Positions 23,325 to 34,900 of a DNA stretch of 64,000 nucleotides are shown here, in pieces (the stretch's first letter is position 1; the number at the start of each line of letters is the position of its first letter). Origin of the DNA: Strigamia acuminata (lineage: Eukaryota); the NCBI GenBank assembly GCA_949358305.1, contig OX442314.1, positions 28,148,001 to 28,212,000 of the forward strand, in the 5' to 3' direction. The notes beneath the pieces are model-generated. The model was not told the DNA's origin, ran no database searches, and saw only the letters and a program-made list of their open reading frames with translations. A program made the position numbers and the translations under genes.

Positions 23325-24621
23325 GTGGCTACACACACTGGGATTGGTTGAGAGATGCATGCTAACAATGTTACGCCCATTGCTAGGCGCGAATCACAAT
23401 GTCGCACCTAGCTATGTCGCGCCCTGTACGCATCACCCAAGGGGGGGGGGGGCTACGTCCCCTCTTGACCTCGAAAACATTGAATTTGAGAAAACTTAGG
23501 TTGAGGAAATGAACCGACCTGAATAGATCTCAGCCAATCACAGCGCGTCATGAAAATAATACGTTCACGTCTGTGGTGACCTCAAATATTCCTTTCCGAG
23601 TGAGCACCGTATTTCCAATTTGTATCATAACAGAAACCAATATTACGCTATGTTCTATTTCAATGTAAGTTGAAATAAAACATATATTATCCGAATTTAA
23701 ATCAAGAAACAATATTACCCAAATAATATTGGATTTTGCTGCAAGTGTTGACCCAGCAACAGCGTCAACCAATCACGCTGCGGCGTGCATCGCTTTGATA
23801 ATGCGGCTAGGCGCGAGCCTGGGCGGAGCCTCCCCTCCTCTCGCGCGTGCCTGGCTCAATTGTTGCACACGACCCGAAGGTGACCGTGTGTGATCTTTAC
23901 AAAACTCATCTTCTGCGCACCTTTACTGAGCAGATTTCAAAGTGCTTCCAAACTGTTCACAACCGTGTCAAACTTATGCCCATTTGCTAAGTGTGACCTG
24001 TGATTTATTGGAAGAATTGAGACATCTTGCTGGTCTGTACCAACTGTAAGAAATAGCACCCTTTGCTTGGATCACTAAGTGTGATTTGAGCCATCATTTC
24101 TGTGTGAAACTGACATTGAGCTTGATCTGCCAGTTTGAAGTTCTTTGTGTTGAGTTTACTCCACAAAGAAGGCTGTGCGTTGACGGATTGTTATGTCGAG
24201 CTTGCTCTGTAATAATCGAACCGCTGTGTGCTAGACGTATTCTCGTGTCAAGCGTGCTCCACGGGAATTTAGGTGTATTTAAAGGTTGATTTTGGCACCG
24301 AGTCTACTCTGCCAAAATCCACGCTCACGTGACGCCATTGACGCCATCTTGGAGCCGACCGTTAACTGTGAGTGTGTTTCTGGAGAGAAGTCTGGTCGAA
24401 ATTATTATTATTTCCCCGTATATATCTTGTACTTTTAAGACGATTAAAACGATTGCATTATTCCTTTATTCTCGTGTTTATAACATCATTTCCCTAGACA
24501 ACCATTTGGCCGCTGAGTAGAAGTCCTAAAAGGCATCTCAACGGTGATAACTTGTTAGATTCAACCAGTTTAGCAAGTGAAAACCCGGATCGCCGCAAGT
24601 CGGACGTGAACGTAGCCACTG
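23325..24621. mobile_element. Composite insertion with AGTGGCTAC/GTAGCCACT ends and an LTR-like interior (~23621-24550)
   Basis: Absent from the equivalent intron of IR-C (~55460-55480). Short inverted ends; no clear TSD. Confidence 0.45.
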
Positions 24622-25005
24622 CCTTTAGCTTTGCAGAAAAAGACTATCTGTTTGCTTCATCTACAAAGTTCATTATTTCAGAAATTAATCATTTTTGCCC
24701 ATGAGATGTGCACTTTTGAGCCTTAAAGAAAAACAGTTTACTGATTTCTGCATAAAAAGTGCATTTTTATAAAAATTATAAAAATATTGTCTACAGCTAC
24801 GCAATATTTGTAGAAACGGTCATCTTTGCCAGGGCACAGGAAATTTAGTAACGTCCATTGCCAGAAAAGATGTCTGCATATTGAACCAACCTTCTAATGA
24901 ATTTTTATTTCATTGGCAGAATGGAAAAACAAATCTTACACGTAATATTATTATTATTTATTTCAACACTCCCATGGAGTAAAATACAAGTTAAAGACAA
25001 TACGA

Positions 25006-27713
25006 TTATATATTCTTCTGAACTTTAAGAAGGTGCGTACGCAAACGTTTATGCATATGTTTACAATGGTGTTGGCAGCGCGAGGCTGAGCATTCGAGCA
25101 CTGATGAACGGATGTCTGTGGGGAGATCATTCCAATCCGAGAGGCATCGGTAGGGATACGAATTTGCGAGATATGATGAAAGGTTGGTATTCACTTCAAA
25201 CTTGTGTCGACGAGTAGAGCGAGTCTCAGTGTCAGAGTGATAGAATTTGACGATGGCCCGAGCGGGATGATCTGGGTTCCGAATGACGTCAGCCAGAGAA
25301 GTGAGGTCATTTAGGAGGAGGAGGTTAGCCAGCGTCATAATGTTTAGCTTATTGTAATAAGGGGTGATATGAGTCATGCCAGGCAATTTGAAGGCAGTGC
25401 GAAGTACTAAGTTATAAGCAGTGGTAACTTGGAATTTAAAACGGTTGGAAGTAGAATTCCAGAACTGAGATGCATAGATGACAGAAGGGTAGATCTTAGA
25501 CCGAATGTAGGAAAGCATTTCAGAGCGGGATAGGACATTCCTCAAATGCTTCACTATAAAGGCTGAGCGGGTTAGAAATCGGGTTATATTCCGGATGTGG
25601 GGGGCAAAAGTCAGGTGAGGGTCGAGGGTAAGACCAAGGACGACCATGCTGTCAACTGGGTACGGGGTCACACCCCGCGACGGTTTGCTGAAAGTCATGA
25701 AACCAGTCTTTTCCTGGTTCAAACTCATATCATGAGCTGTGTACCAGTTGGATAAGGTCGACAGATCGGCAGTGAAGAGAGTCCGAATGGGGACAAGGAG
25801 GTCATTCCCAGTGATTTGAGTGAGGAAATTATCGTCCACATATGAACGAATCTTGGAAGTGAGAGGGAGTGTCAGAATGGGCCCAGTGATAGAATTGTAC
25901 AGCAAGGGACCTAGAACAGTGCCCTGTACAACGCCACGGGAGATGGGAAATTCTGAAGACTGGGGGTCAGATGCAATATGGAATTTACGATCAGAGAGGT
26001 AAGATGTGAAGAGTTGAAGGGGCATGGGACCAATAGACAGATTGCTGAGGCAATTTATAACATACTGGTGTGGTGGGGTGTCGAATGCCTTGGAAACATC
26101 AGTTTTTGCCAGGTGTAACTGGTTATTGCGGTCACAGCATTTGATGATGTCCAAATATAAAGCACAGATCAGGTGGAGGGCATTAGAGCCTGGCCTAGTG
26201 CCGTACTGGTTAGGGGGAGAGTGTTTAGTAATAGTGCGGCGAATCTGCATGAGTATGCTGTGATCAGCGATTTTACAAAGGGGGGAAGGGATGAGATGGG
26301 GCGATAGTTTGTCACCGAGTGTTTATCCCCCCCTTTAAATAGGGGGGTGATGGTCGCATGTTTCCATGCCGTGGGATAAGTGGAGGTGTCGATAATAGTG
26401 TTGAAGATATTAGTCAAAGGGAGAAGGATAGCCGGAAGTATCTTTTTTATAGCAAGCCCAGGTATGTTATCGTGGGAGTGAACAGAAGAGAGGTTATCAA
26501 CGGGAGAGATATAATTAAAATTAACGAAAGTTGGGTTGGGGTCAGGCACATTGTTGTGGTTATTGTAGTTTGTGCCCACTATCTTGAGGGGATTGTCACA
26601 AAACTGAGCATAAGATTCGAGAACCAGCAGGGAGGTGGGCAAACTAGTTTTTGTAGAGGGGGGTTTAACAAGGCGCCAGAAGTTTTTCGAGGCTAGGACC
26701 GACCGGCGTTTGTTGCGCCTAACTAGGGCCTTATAGTGGCGACACGCAATCTTGTAGCTCAAGGGGTCCGTGTGGCGATGGGGAAAAAGTCCAGTTTTCT
26801 TCTTGAGGAGTTTAGTCAGTTCCGCAGACCACCAAGGTTTAGGTTTTCTACAGGTGGACGAGGTGGGAGGGGCATGTTTAGTTAAAATGGTGGTGATGGC
26901 GGTAGTTAGGTACTGAATTTTATTGTCGGGGTCTGGGAAATCAATGAGAGGTTGCCAGTCAATGTTAAGAGTGTCCCGGATTATGTTGTCCCAATTATAG
27001 TTTTTAAAAGAAAATTTAGGGATGCGGCGAGGGGCGGGGGAGTTGGGGGGTTTTGGGAGGGTGAGGGATAGAGAAGCAACTTTGTGGTCTAGTCTATCCA
27101 GGTCAGAGAGAATACAGGAGTTTTGAGTGATATTTTTTGAAACAAAAATTTGGTCAATTAAAGTGGACGAGTTTAGAGTCACGCGCGAAGGGGTGGAAAT
27201 GGAGGGATTTAGGTTAATACAAGACATGTAGTTGGTGATAATGTCATGCGGGTTAGCAGGCAAAAAATTGTGATTGAAATCACCAGCTATTAAGGTGTTA
27301 ACATTTGGGGTAATGTGGTCCGAGATGAGATCAAAAATATGTGATATGGGTCTGGAGATTGGGCGATACAGGACGATAATTTGGAGTGTGAGAGCAGGGG
27401 AGGAAAGATGGCAAGAGAGGAACTCCAGGCCATCCGATTGGCTAGCAATAAGGGAATCAAGATGGAAGGAGTCTTTGTAAAAAAGTGCAACTCCTCCCCC
27501 ATGTGAGAGGCGATCAGAACGGGCGATATTGTAACCGGGTATGGCTAAAATACTATCAGGGCAGTCCGGGGTTAGCCATGTCTCCGTAATGGTGACTAGA
27601 TCTGGAGAGTTTATGTGAGTTAGGCCCAAGATGTCATTAATTTTAGGCAGCAAGGAACGGGCGTTTAGGTAGATAATATTGAAGTTATGATTTTTGCATG
27701 ACCTATTGGTCAT
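25006..27713 (-). CDS. LINE ORF2 (AP endonuclease + reverse transcriptase), one frameshift at ~26270
   Basis: YLNARSL, ITETWL, GGGVALF, GDFNH (APE); NYRPIS, DVSKAFD, GVVQGTVLGPLLY, YVDD, LGLTLD, HITP (RT, L2/CR1-type C-terminus). Confidence 0.92.
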
Positions 27714-28818
27714 GCTCAGTCGGAAAGGGCGCACCGGGGTTATTAGAAGCGACAAGAGTAGGGTTTTTGCCCCAGAATTGATGAATGCCCACACTAATGG
27801 GCCACAAGTCGGGAGAAAGAAGCTGAGTGATGTCATTACAGACAATACGCAGGAAGAAAGATTTGCTTACAGTGTTCTTGGTTGTAAGCCAACGGGAACA
27901 TTGGCGGACGGAAAGGCCTTTAGATTCGGCAAAAGAGCGAACTTGAGCACTAGTAGTGGTGGGGATAAGATTACAGAGGAGGATGCGCTGTGTAGCTTGG
28001 CGGTCAAGTGGGGTGACAGAGAGTAAAGAAGTGTCGACAAGATTACCAATGGAGCGAGGACGAGGAGTCCGTGGTTGACGAGATGGAGGATTAGTCGAAG
28101 GCGTTGTCGTAGAGGCTGACGATTTGGGCCGTCTCGTGGTGTTGGTACCGGGCGCGGTGTGTTTACGGGTCAGGAGAGAGGTAGCGTTGGCATATGTACG
28201 AATAGGCAGGTCCGATAAGCCAGGAATTTCGACTGACATGAGCGGAGGCGGGACGGTAGGCGACTTGTGAAGAGATGCGATAATGTCGTCTTGACTTGCG
28301 ATTTTCGCGCACATGGTTGAAATGAGCGTGTGTATCTGTTGAAGAGAATGGTGGATCGGGTCTAGATCGTTGGGGGCGGCAGTTTTGCTGGCGGCAGCGG
28401 CGGCGGCGGCGGCGGCGGCGGCGGCAAGTGGATCGAAAGTCGCCGAGATCGGGACAGAAGAAGCGGTGGTACTGACCGTCGAGAGAGCGGCAGGGACGTC
28501 ATCGACAACGGAAGAGTGATCGTCGGTAGCAGTCAGATGTAGGTTGGCATCATTAGGGCTGGTTGCAGGCGAAATGGGGTAGGAATTGGGCGTTGGCGTC
28601 GGCGTCGGCGCCACGTGGTCAGCATCGTCGGTCAGCAGCGCGTTATCGAGGATGGAGCGAATATTCTTAATGCCAGAGTCAAATTTACCTATCTTGGATT
28701 TAGTAGCTACTTTCCCGGAGGTAATGTCGTTGAAGATTCCAACAATATCGTTTAAATAATTGCGTAAAGAATCACGGTCTTGCAGAGCGAATGAGATGCG
28801 ACATGTCGCGGCGGCCAT
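27703..28818 (-). CDS. LINE ORF1 (~371 aa)
   Basis: ATG at 28818 (MAAATCRISF). Poly-Ala tract, coiled-coil-like segment and LLSPDLWP near the C-terminus. Overlaps the ORF2 start by 11 nt. Confidence 0.8.
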   Translation of the reverse strand: MAAATCRISFALQDRDSLRNYLNDIVGIFNDITSGKVATKSKIGKFDSGIKNIRSILDNALLTDDADHVAPTPTPTPNSYPISPATSPNDANLHLTATDDHSSVVDDVPAALSTVSTTASSVPISATFDPLAAAAAAAAAAAASKTAAPNDLDPIHHSLQQIHTLISTMCAKIASQDDIIASLHKSPTVPPPLMSVEIPGLSDLPIRTYANATSLLTRKHTAPGTNTTRRPKSSASTTTPSTNPPSRQPRTPRPRSIGNLVDTSLLSVTPLDRQATQRILLCNLIPTTTSAQVRSFAESKGLSVRQCSRWLTTKNTVSKSFFLRIVCNDITQLLSPDLWPISVGIHQFWGKNPTLVASNNPGAPFPTEHDQ

Positions 28819-30736
28819 CTTGGATTTGGCACCAGATGGGAAAAAACACCAGAAAAGGAAACATTTCGACGGAAGAAGCTCCTCAACTGCTTTTACATAA
28901 TTACAATGCCATCCTTCATACGTACGATTCTCTGAAACATTTATACGGATCAAACTGCACGTTCAGTTTTATAAAAATCCCAATCACCACGGCTACTTAC
29001 TACATGTTTAAGAAAAAAATCAAAATATGTAGACTTATTTAATCAGAAGTATGTATTGGCACGATCAAATTTACAACAATTTTAAAATTAAACTCCAATT
29101 ATACATTTCAGCATTTTGAAGTTAAAAGAAAGAGGAATCATGAAGAAACTTACCGATAAGTACAAAACAACATCCATCTGCGAAACAACAAATTATGACC
29201 AAAAACCCATTTCTATTTATCACACAATCACAGCATTCCTTATTCTCATTGGAGGAGTTTTCGTTTCTGCAATAACATTTCTCATGGAATTTCTTTCGTA
29301 CAAAGTTTTAATCTGGCACCATGCAAACATAATAGAATTGCTGCGTCTACCCACATTAGCAAATATAATTACATGTCAATATAACTACCATTCCACTTCA
29401 TTGAAATCACGGATTTTCTTGGAATTTCAAAACAGCAAAGATCAAGATCAATTGGCAACAAGCGAGCCCGATTATCCTACTGACATGTTTTGTCAAGAGG
29501 GGGCGGTAGCGCCCCCCTCAACCCCCACAAACCTAACCTTATAAAAAACGTCCGTAATTCGTTTCAGTATTTTGAACTTAAAAGAAAGAGGAATCATAAA
29601 GAAACTTACCGATAAGAACAAGATAACAACCATCTGCGAAACACCAAATTATGACCAAAAACCCATTTCTATTCATCACACAATCACAGCATTCCTTATT
29701 CTCATTGGAGGAGTTTTCGGGTCAGTCATGGCATTAGTCGTTGAATTAATTTTTAGGACTAACTTTCAATGTGGCGGCTGTGTAAACAAAACCATCTAAT
29801 TAACAGGGTAGTACACAACAAGGTCCGGCATCTTTATAACATGGAAATTCAAGAGTATTTTATACGGTTCCAAACCGTCACACATTTACCGATTTACCAT
29901 TGACTCGCACCCTACTAAAACTATTGTTCTGCTGCCAAGAACGAATAAAATTGAGACAAAAACCAATTTACTTACGAATTACGATTTTACTTTCTTTCTT
30001 AACCAAACGGCCAAAATCGTGGTGTCATTGATATTTTTGTGTCTCTCACGTTCACGTTTCCCGCTTGATACCGGAAATAAATTAAATTAAATGCAACTGT
30101 ATTTCTGTAATTTAAATATCGTAATTTAATATTCTTGAATTAAAATGGGAATTTACCAGAATGTTACCGGACTGTGTTGTTTTTTGTCAGGACGATAAAC
30201 CACTGATCATATTTCTTCTTCGATATTTTACGGCGAGCGCTTTTAATTGGTGTCGAACGGTTGATTTGGTTGACTCAATTGTATTGATGGTTTGATTTTG
30301 TTCTAGCTGCAGCATGTTTGAGGTCCGTCAAAGAGTTTTTCAATCTTGAAAAATTAAACGAAATGAAAAACAACCACGTACAAATTACTTCCGACTGATC
30401 CAAGGCCGCCATTTTCAAACGAGCACTGTGCTGCGGCTAGAAACCTTGAGATTTACTTACGTACAGACTCCTTTGACGATTGTAGCGCCAGCTATGGATT
30501 TTGAACTTACTGAATATTTGAATATTTATTTTATTTTCTTGCTTGCCAAGTGCAAAAATAAATTACAGACTAAGAAAATTGCATAAATTAACATTAATAG
30601 TTGCAAAACAAATATTTTTAATGAAAAAAGGCAAAATAAAATGCAAAAATAACAATAAAAATTTGTAATAAAGTTTTTACAATTGCCGCAGATAATTTAC
30701 AATGATGAGTCAAATTTATTAAATCAGTTTTAACAT

Positions 30737-31073
30737 TTACAGATACAAACTAGCCGTAAAACTATGTCCCGTTTAATCAATCAAATTCCTTCGGCAAACT
30801 TATTTTCCAACTCCGCATTTCCAATTGCTTTGGACGCTTGGCACATTTGCCTCAAAAGTTCCTCCAATCTCCGCATACAACGAATAATGCTCCCTAGACA
30901 TTAAAAAATATAATAAATAAAAGAAATAATTATTTTAACTAGTCGGCACAACATCCGGCCGTCATAAAATACCTTCAAATACGTCGGTCATTTTACAGAT
31001 CTCACTGAAAGGCGAATTCTTGGTTCAGGCGTACACGACATCCATGAGGTGCGGACGAAAGCTTTCAACCTTG
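30737..31073 (-). pseudogene. MTREX: Decayed 3' fragment of the MTR4/SKIV2L2 exosome RNA helicase gene (last two exons and one intron)
   Basis: Manual translation: SFRPHLMDVVYA*TKNSPFSEICKMTDVFEG / SIIRCMRRLEELLRQMCQASKAIGNAELENKFAEGI*LIKRDIV...ASLYL*. GT-AG intron 30972->30894; two stops and a 1-nt deletion. Confidence 0.93.
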
Positions 31074-31970
31074 GACTATAAGTCCAAGATGTACAGTCGT
31101 GTTCAAAAAAACTGGTACCCACTCTAAGCAGTCAATTGAAATTGTGAGTAATTTCGTGTTTTGCCACTAGGTGAAACACCAGACATCAAAAAGTAATAAT
31201 ATAGACAAGGCTATACAAGGTTAGACAAGGCTATACAAGGTTATACACAGCTATGCAAGTACTTTGCATTAAAAAAATGAAAAAAGGTTTGGCTGGTCCA
31301 GAGAAAGGCAATTAGAAAGTAACCAGGATCCGATAAGAACACGGGCGAATCCAGGCGGGAGCCACTGGGCTGGGTGACCCGTGCCGACTTTATTATGTAG
31401 ATGTAGTATTGTGAGTATGTCAGGTGATTTTTCAGTCTCATACAATCAAGGGTGGATCCAGAGGGGGGTAAGGAGGCTATAGTCCCCCTAAATTTTTTCT
31501 AGATCCGCCGTTGGGTGGTAAGTTTAGAAAAAGGAAACTCCCATATGTCAATGGCGATAATTAAAATGATTACAATCAGTGGCACAGTGCCATTCATTTT
31601 AATGTCTTCAATTAAAACTATCGCGTACCGAATCTAACAGTAAAATGAATTTTCGGTTCGCTCTCGAACTGACAGGTCACGCCATGTTTGACACGTGTCC
31701 TATCGATTGCCGACGCAAGTAAACAGTAACAGTAATTAAGTCGACTAGGCAACGATTTTTATAGCTAACAACAATCCAAAAAAAATTCACAGTCTAAGGA
31801 AGTCATTCTATCTCGTGGTCGTGCTCTCATTCTAACGAACAGTGAGTCTAAATTTTATGTCAGACGAGGACCACTGTATCAATTCGGAGTGCTCTATCAG
31901 TTTGATCGTGTCTAAGCGATTGAAGGACACACACAGCACAAGACAATAAAAACAATAGATTTTTAGCAGG

Positions 31971-34900
31971 ATGAACCTTCTGAGAATATTTTTCTTTTAC
32001 TTATTATCTGGATGCATAAACATTTCAAATAGCAATTGCTCGACAGGTATGATTTACTTAAAAATTCTAAAAATTTTTGAATTGTTAATAGCAGCAAATT
32101 AAAGTAGACGGACAGTTGTGTTCAAACAAACCGGACCCTCACTCTATGCTGGCAATTGAAATTGTGAGTAATTTTGCATTTTGAAACAACAGACATTAAT
32201 AGATGATAATACTTGTGTAGCAGAGGGGGCAGGGTTCAGATTAGCGCAAATCAAATTTGCGCGACCCGTATTATCACCTGTTGATGTCTGGTGTTTAACC
32301 TAGTGGCAAAACACGAAATTACTCACAATTTCAATTGCCAGCCTAAAGGGCGGGTCCAGTTTTTTTTAACACGACTGTACATTTTATTTAATCTTTTCTT
32401 TAAGCACTGGAAGGAAATTTTTCAGAAAAACTTTCATTTTCTGACTGTAATAATCAATTATCTAATATTGTACAAATAACGAATTCAAGACGAACACTCA
32501 TCATATATCAGGATGATTATTGTTGCTAAATCACACGCTTAATTCGTTCTTATATTTCTAAAAACATTTTTTAATTCCAGTACCAAAATGTTTTTCGAAA
32601 CTGATCCATTTCAATTGGATTGGAAAAATTCAAATATCAGCACAACGATTCACCAATACGTCGCTAGATTTCATTTATACTCCTGCTCAAATGATATTGA
32701 TTTGGATAGAAAATTCTGAGCAGGTAAAATGATCTAATCATGCTCCTGATTGACAAGCAATTGGTCAAGAGGCCTTTGAGTTATTCAGGTACCCGTTCGT
32801 CTAAGGGCGAATCTAAGAAAATTTGCCATAGACAAGATCCGCGATCCTGAACTGCGCATGCGTGATACAGGTTGCGCTCTCTGTTGGCGTAAAAAGCAAC
32901 CTGCCAACAGTGACCAGCAGTCTACCGTACAACACAGTGCATAGGTTGCCAGCTTGCTAGTTGGAAATTTTCAATTGACATGCTGTCAATTAATAAAAAT
33001 AAACAAATTTTCCATAAACTAAGTACCATATCTTAAAATTAGATGTGTACAAGTTTTTATTCGTTAATTTTTTTGAACTATTTTTTAATGAAATGGTTGT
33101 TGCTTACACGACAGTTTATTTTCGTCTTTTGCCAATGCTTTTTCGTGAGATGCATATTGTTGGCTGTTGCAAATTGAACATGATGTCTCTCAACTTCATG
33201 TTGAAAAACCTTTGCAGCATTATTTATCAAAACAAGCGTCTAGTAAAAAAATTACGGTAAACCAACAGTTATTGTTGTTTGATCGACACAAAAATCGTAA
33301 TGGGAAACTGCTCGGATTTTTACACAATGAAGTCAAACAATAAACAGCATTTATTTGTTGTTTGGTTGGGTATTGTCATTGTTACGTTAACAAACTTAAA
33401 AATTATATTCCACGTATGATGCGTGGGTTGTGAAAATCGAGTGATTTTACGCGTGATATAAACTATTATTTGAATTGCTATTCTCATTTTTGAATTGTTG
33501 TTATCTTTTATATTTCAATGTGTTGATTTGACTTGTGGTTTTAGTTGTTATTTGTGTTTCATTTACCATTTTATTAGATTGAATAGTTTAATATTGTTGT
33601 AATATTTCTTATTTTACTGCTTCAATATATTTGTATTTCTTATTTGAGTGTTTGACCTGTTCCTCATTTGTAGTACCTTGCCCTGTTAATCCCTTAATTG
33701 GTGTGGGTTTTTCCTACCTCTTGAGCGCCGTCTCATTGGCGCTCTGAACGCGTCATCCACATTCCTCTACCCCTTTTCCCATTGTGTTGAAAATAGAATA
33801 AACTTTTAGTGTACCTTTTACCTCTAAAACGTGTGGTTGTGCTTTTACTTTGCTCCAACGCCATCTTTGAATTTCACCACCATCTCAACTTTATTCATCC
33901 ACTTGTATCCAGGACTTTGGAAATTTGTTTGGTAGATTTGTATTGATTTAAACTTATGCAAATTTAACATTGGTGCCGAAACCCGGGAAGTATTTCAATT
34001 TCCCATCTAATCAAAATCTACAAAATGGTGAGAGTTTTTGAGTTGAAGAACAGGGCGTTCAGAGCGGCCATATTGGTCACCGAGACGCTCTTAACCACGA
34101 TAACCACCGCGCTGACCGGACGAGCAGCGATACCGCAAGCCACGATTGAACTGTGGATGCAGCAGCTCGAGCAGAAACACAAACGAGCTCAAACAACGTT
34201 CGACGCCACCTTGGATCAAGCCAAATCTGACCAGGAAATCGACACCACGGTGCAGGCACTCGACGCGTTGGAGGACCGTTTGGCAGCAGCAAGAGCGGAA
34301 TTAACAAGGTACATTCAAGCGTATTTTCCACCCGTTCCGCCCCAGAATTTACAAGCGGACGCGGACGCGCAACCGGCGACGAACATCGACGCACTAGCGG
34401 CGGCCATTACCGCAGCAGTGTCGGCGGCGACGCCACGAGTGACCCCAACAAACGGCCAGCCATTCATCAAACGCAAACCGCTGGAGATTCCCAAATTTGA
34501 CGGGCGCAAACCTGAGGAGTGGGGAGGATTTTGGAAAACATTTTCCATTCAGGTTGGCGACGACGAGCAACTGGATGCGACACATAAACTGTTACATTTG
34601 AGGACATATTTGGTAGGAGACGCGTTAGATGACATCAAAGCGTTGGAGATTACAGCTGGAAATTATAATATCGCGGTCACACGCCTACAAAAAAAATATG
34701 GCGACAAGATCGTGCTTGAAAACAAATATTTGTCAAATTTAATTAACCTACCTTTAGTCAACAGCGATCGAGATAGGATGGGGCTCCAGAAGTTGCACAG
34801 ACACGTAGAGATCAACATCGAGAATTTGGCGAACATCGAGGTACCACTGGCAGAAATTCAGCGTACCATTTTCCCCGTGCTGTCGTCCGCCATACCACGC

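Larger units (their letters stand above)
24950..28823 (-). mobile_element. Non-LTR retrotransposon (L2/CR1-like), near full length, inside the IR-B S2 exon
   Basis: ORF1 plus APE-RT ORF2 and a (TAA)n 3' tail. The flanks rejoin to give ...NLTR-x-IWHQMGKN, as in IR-C. Confidence 0.92.
19142..29799 (+). pseudogene. IR-B: chimeric, disrupted ionotropic receptor
   Basis: Signal-peptide exon MNILRMFFFYLLYGCINN at 19142. Duplicated exon at ~19831-20001 and ~21244-21412, the second frameshifted. M1 exon ~22699-22957 and M3 exon from 23020. The S2 exon is split by a LINE and has an extra A at ~29015. Two terminal exons. Confidence 0.85.

Noticed and set aside
26260..26280. Programmed frameshift in LINE ORF2
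   Set aside because: A single-base loss in an A run; mutation or sequencing error is more likely, and similar homopolymer slips occur at ~29015 and ~49850.
28819..28953. N-terminal extension of LINE ORF1 in the ORF track
   Set aside because: It is the antisense of the IR-B exon outside the element.
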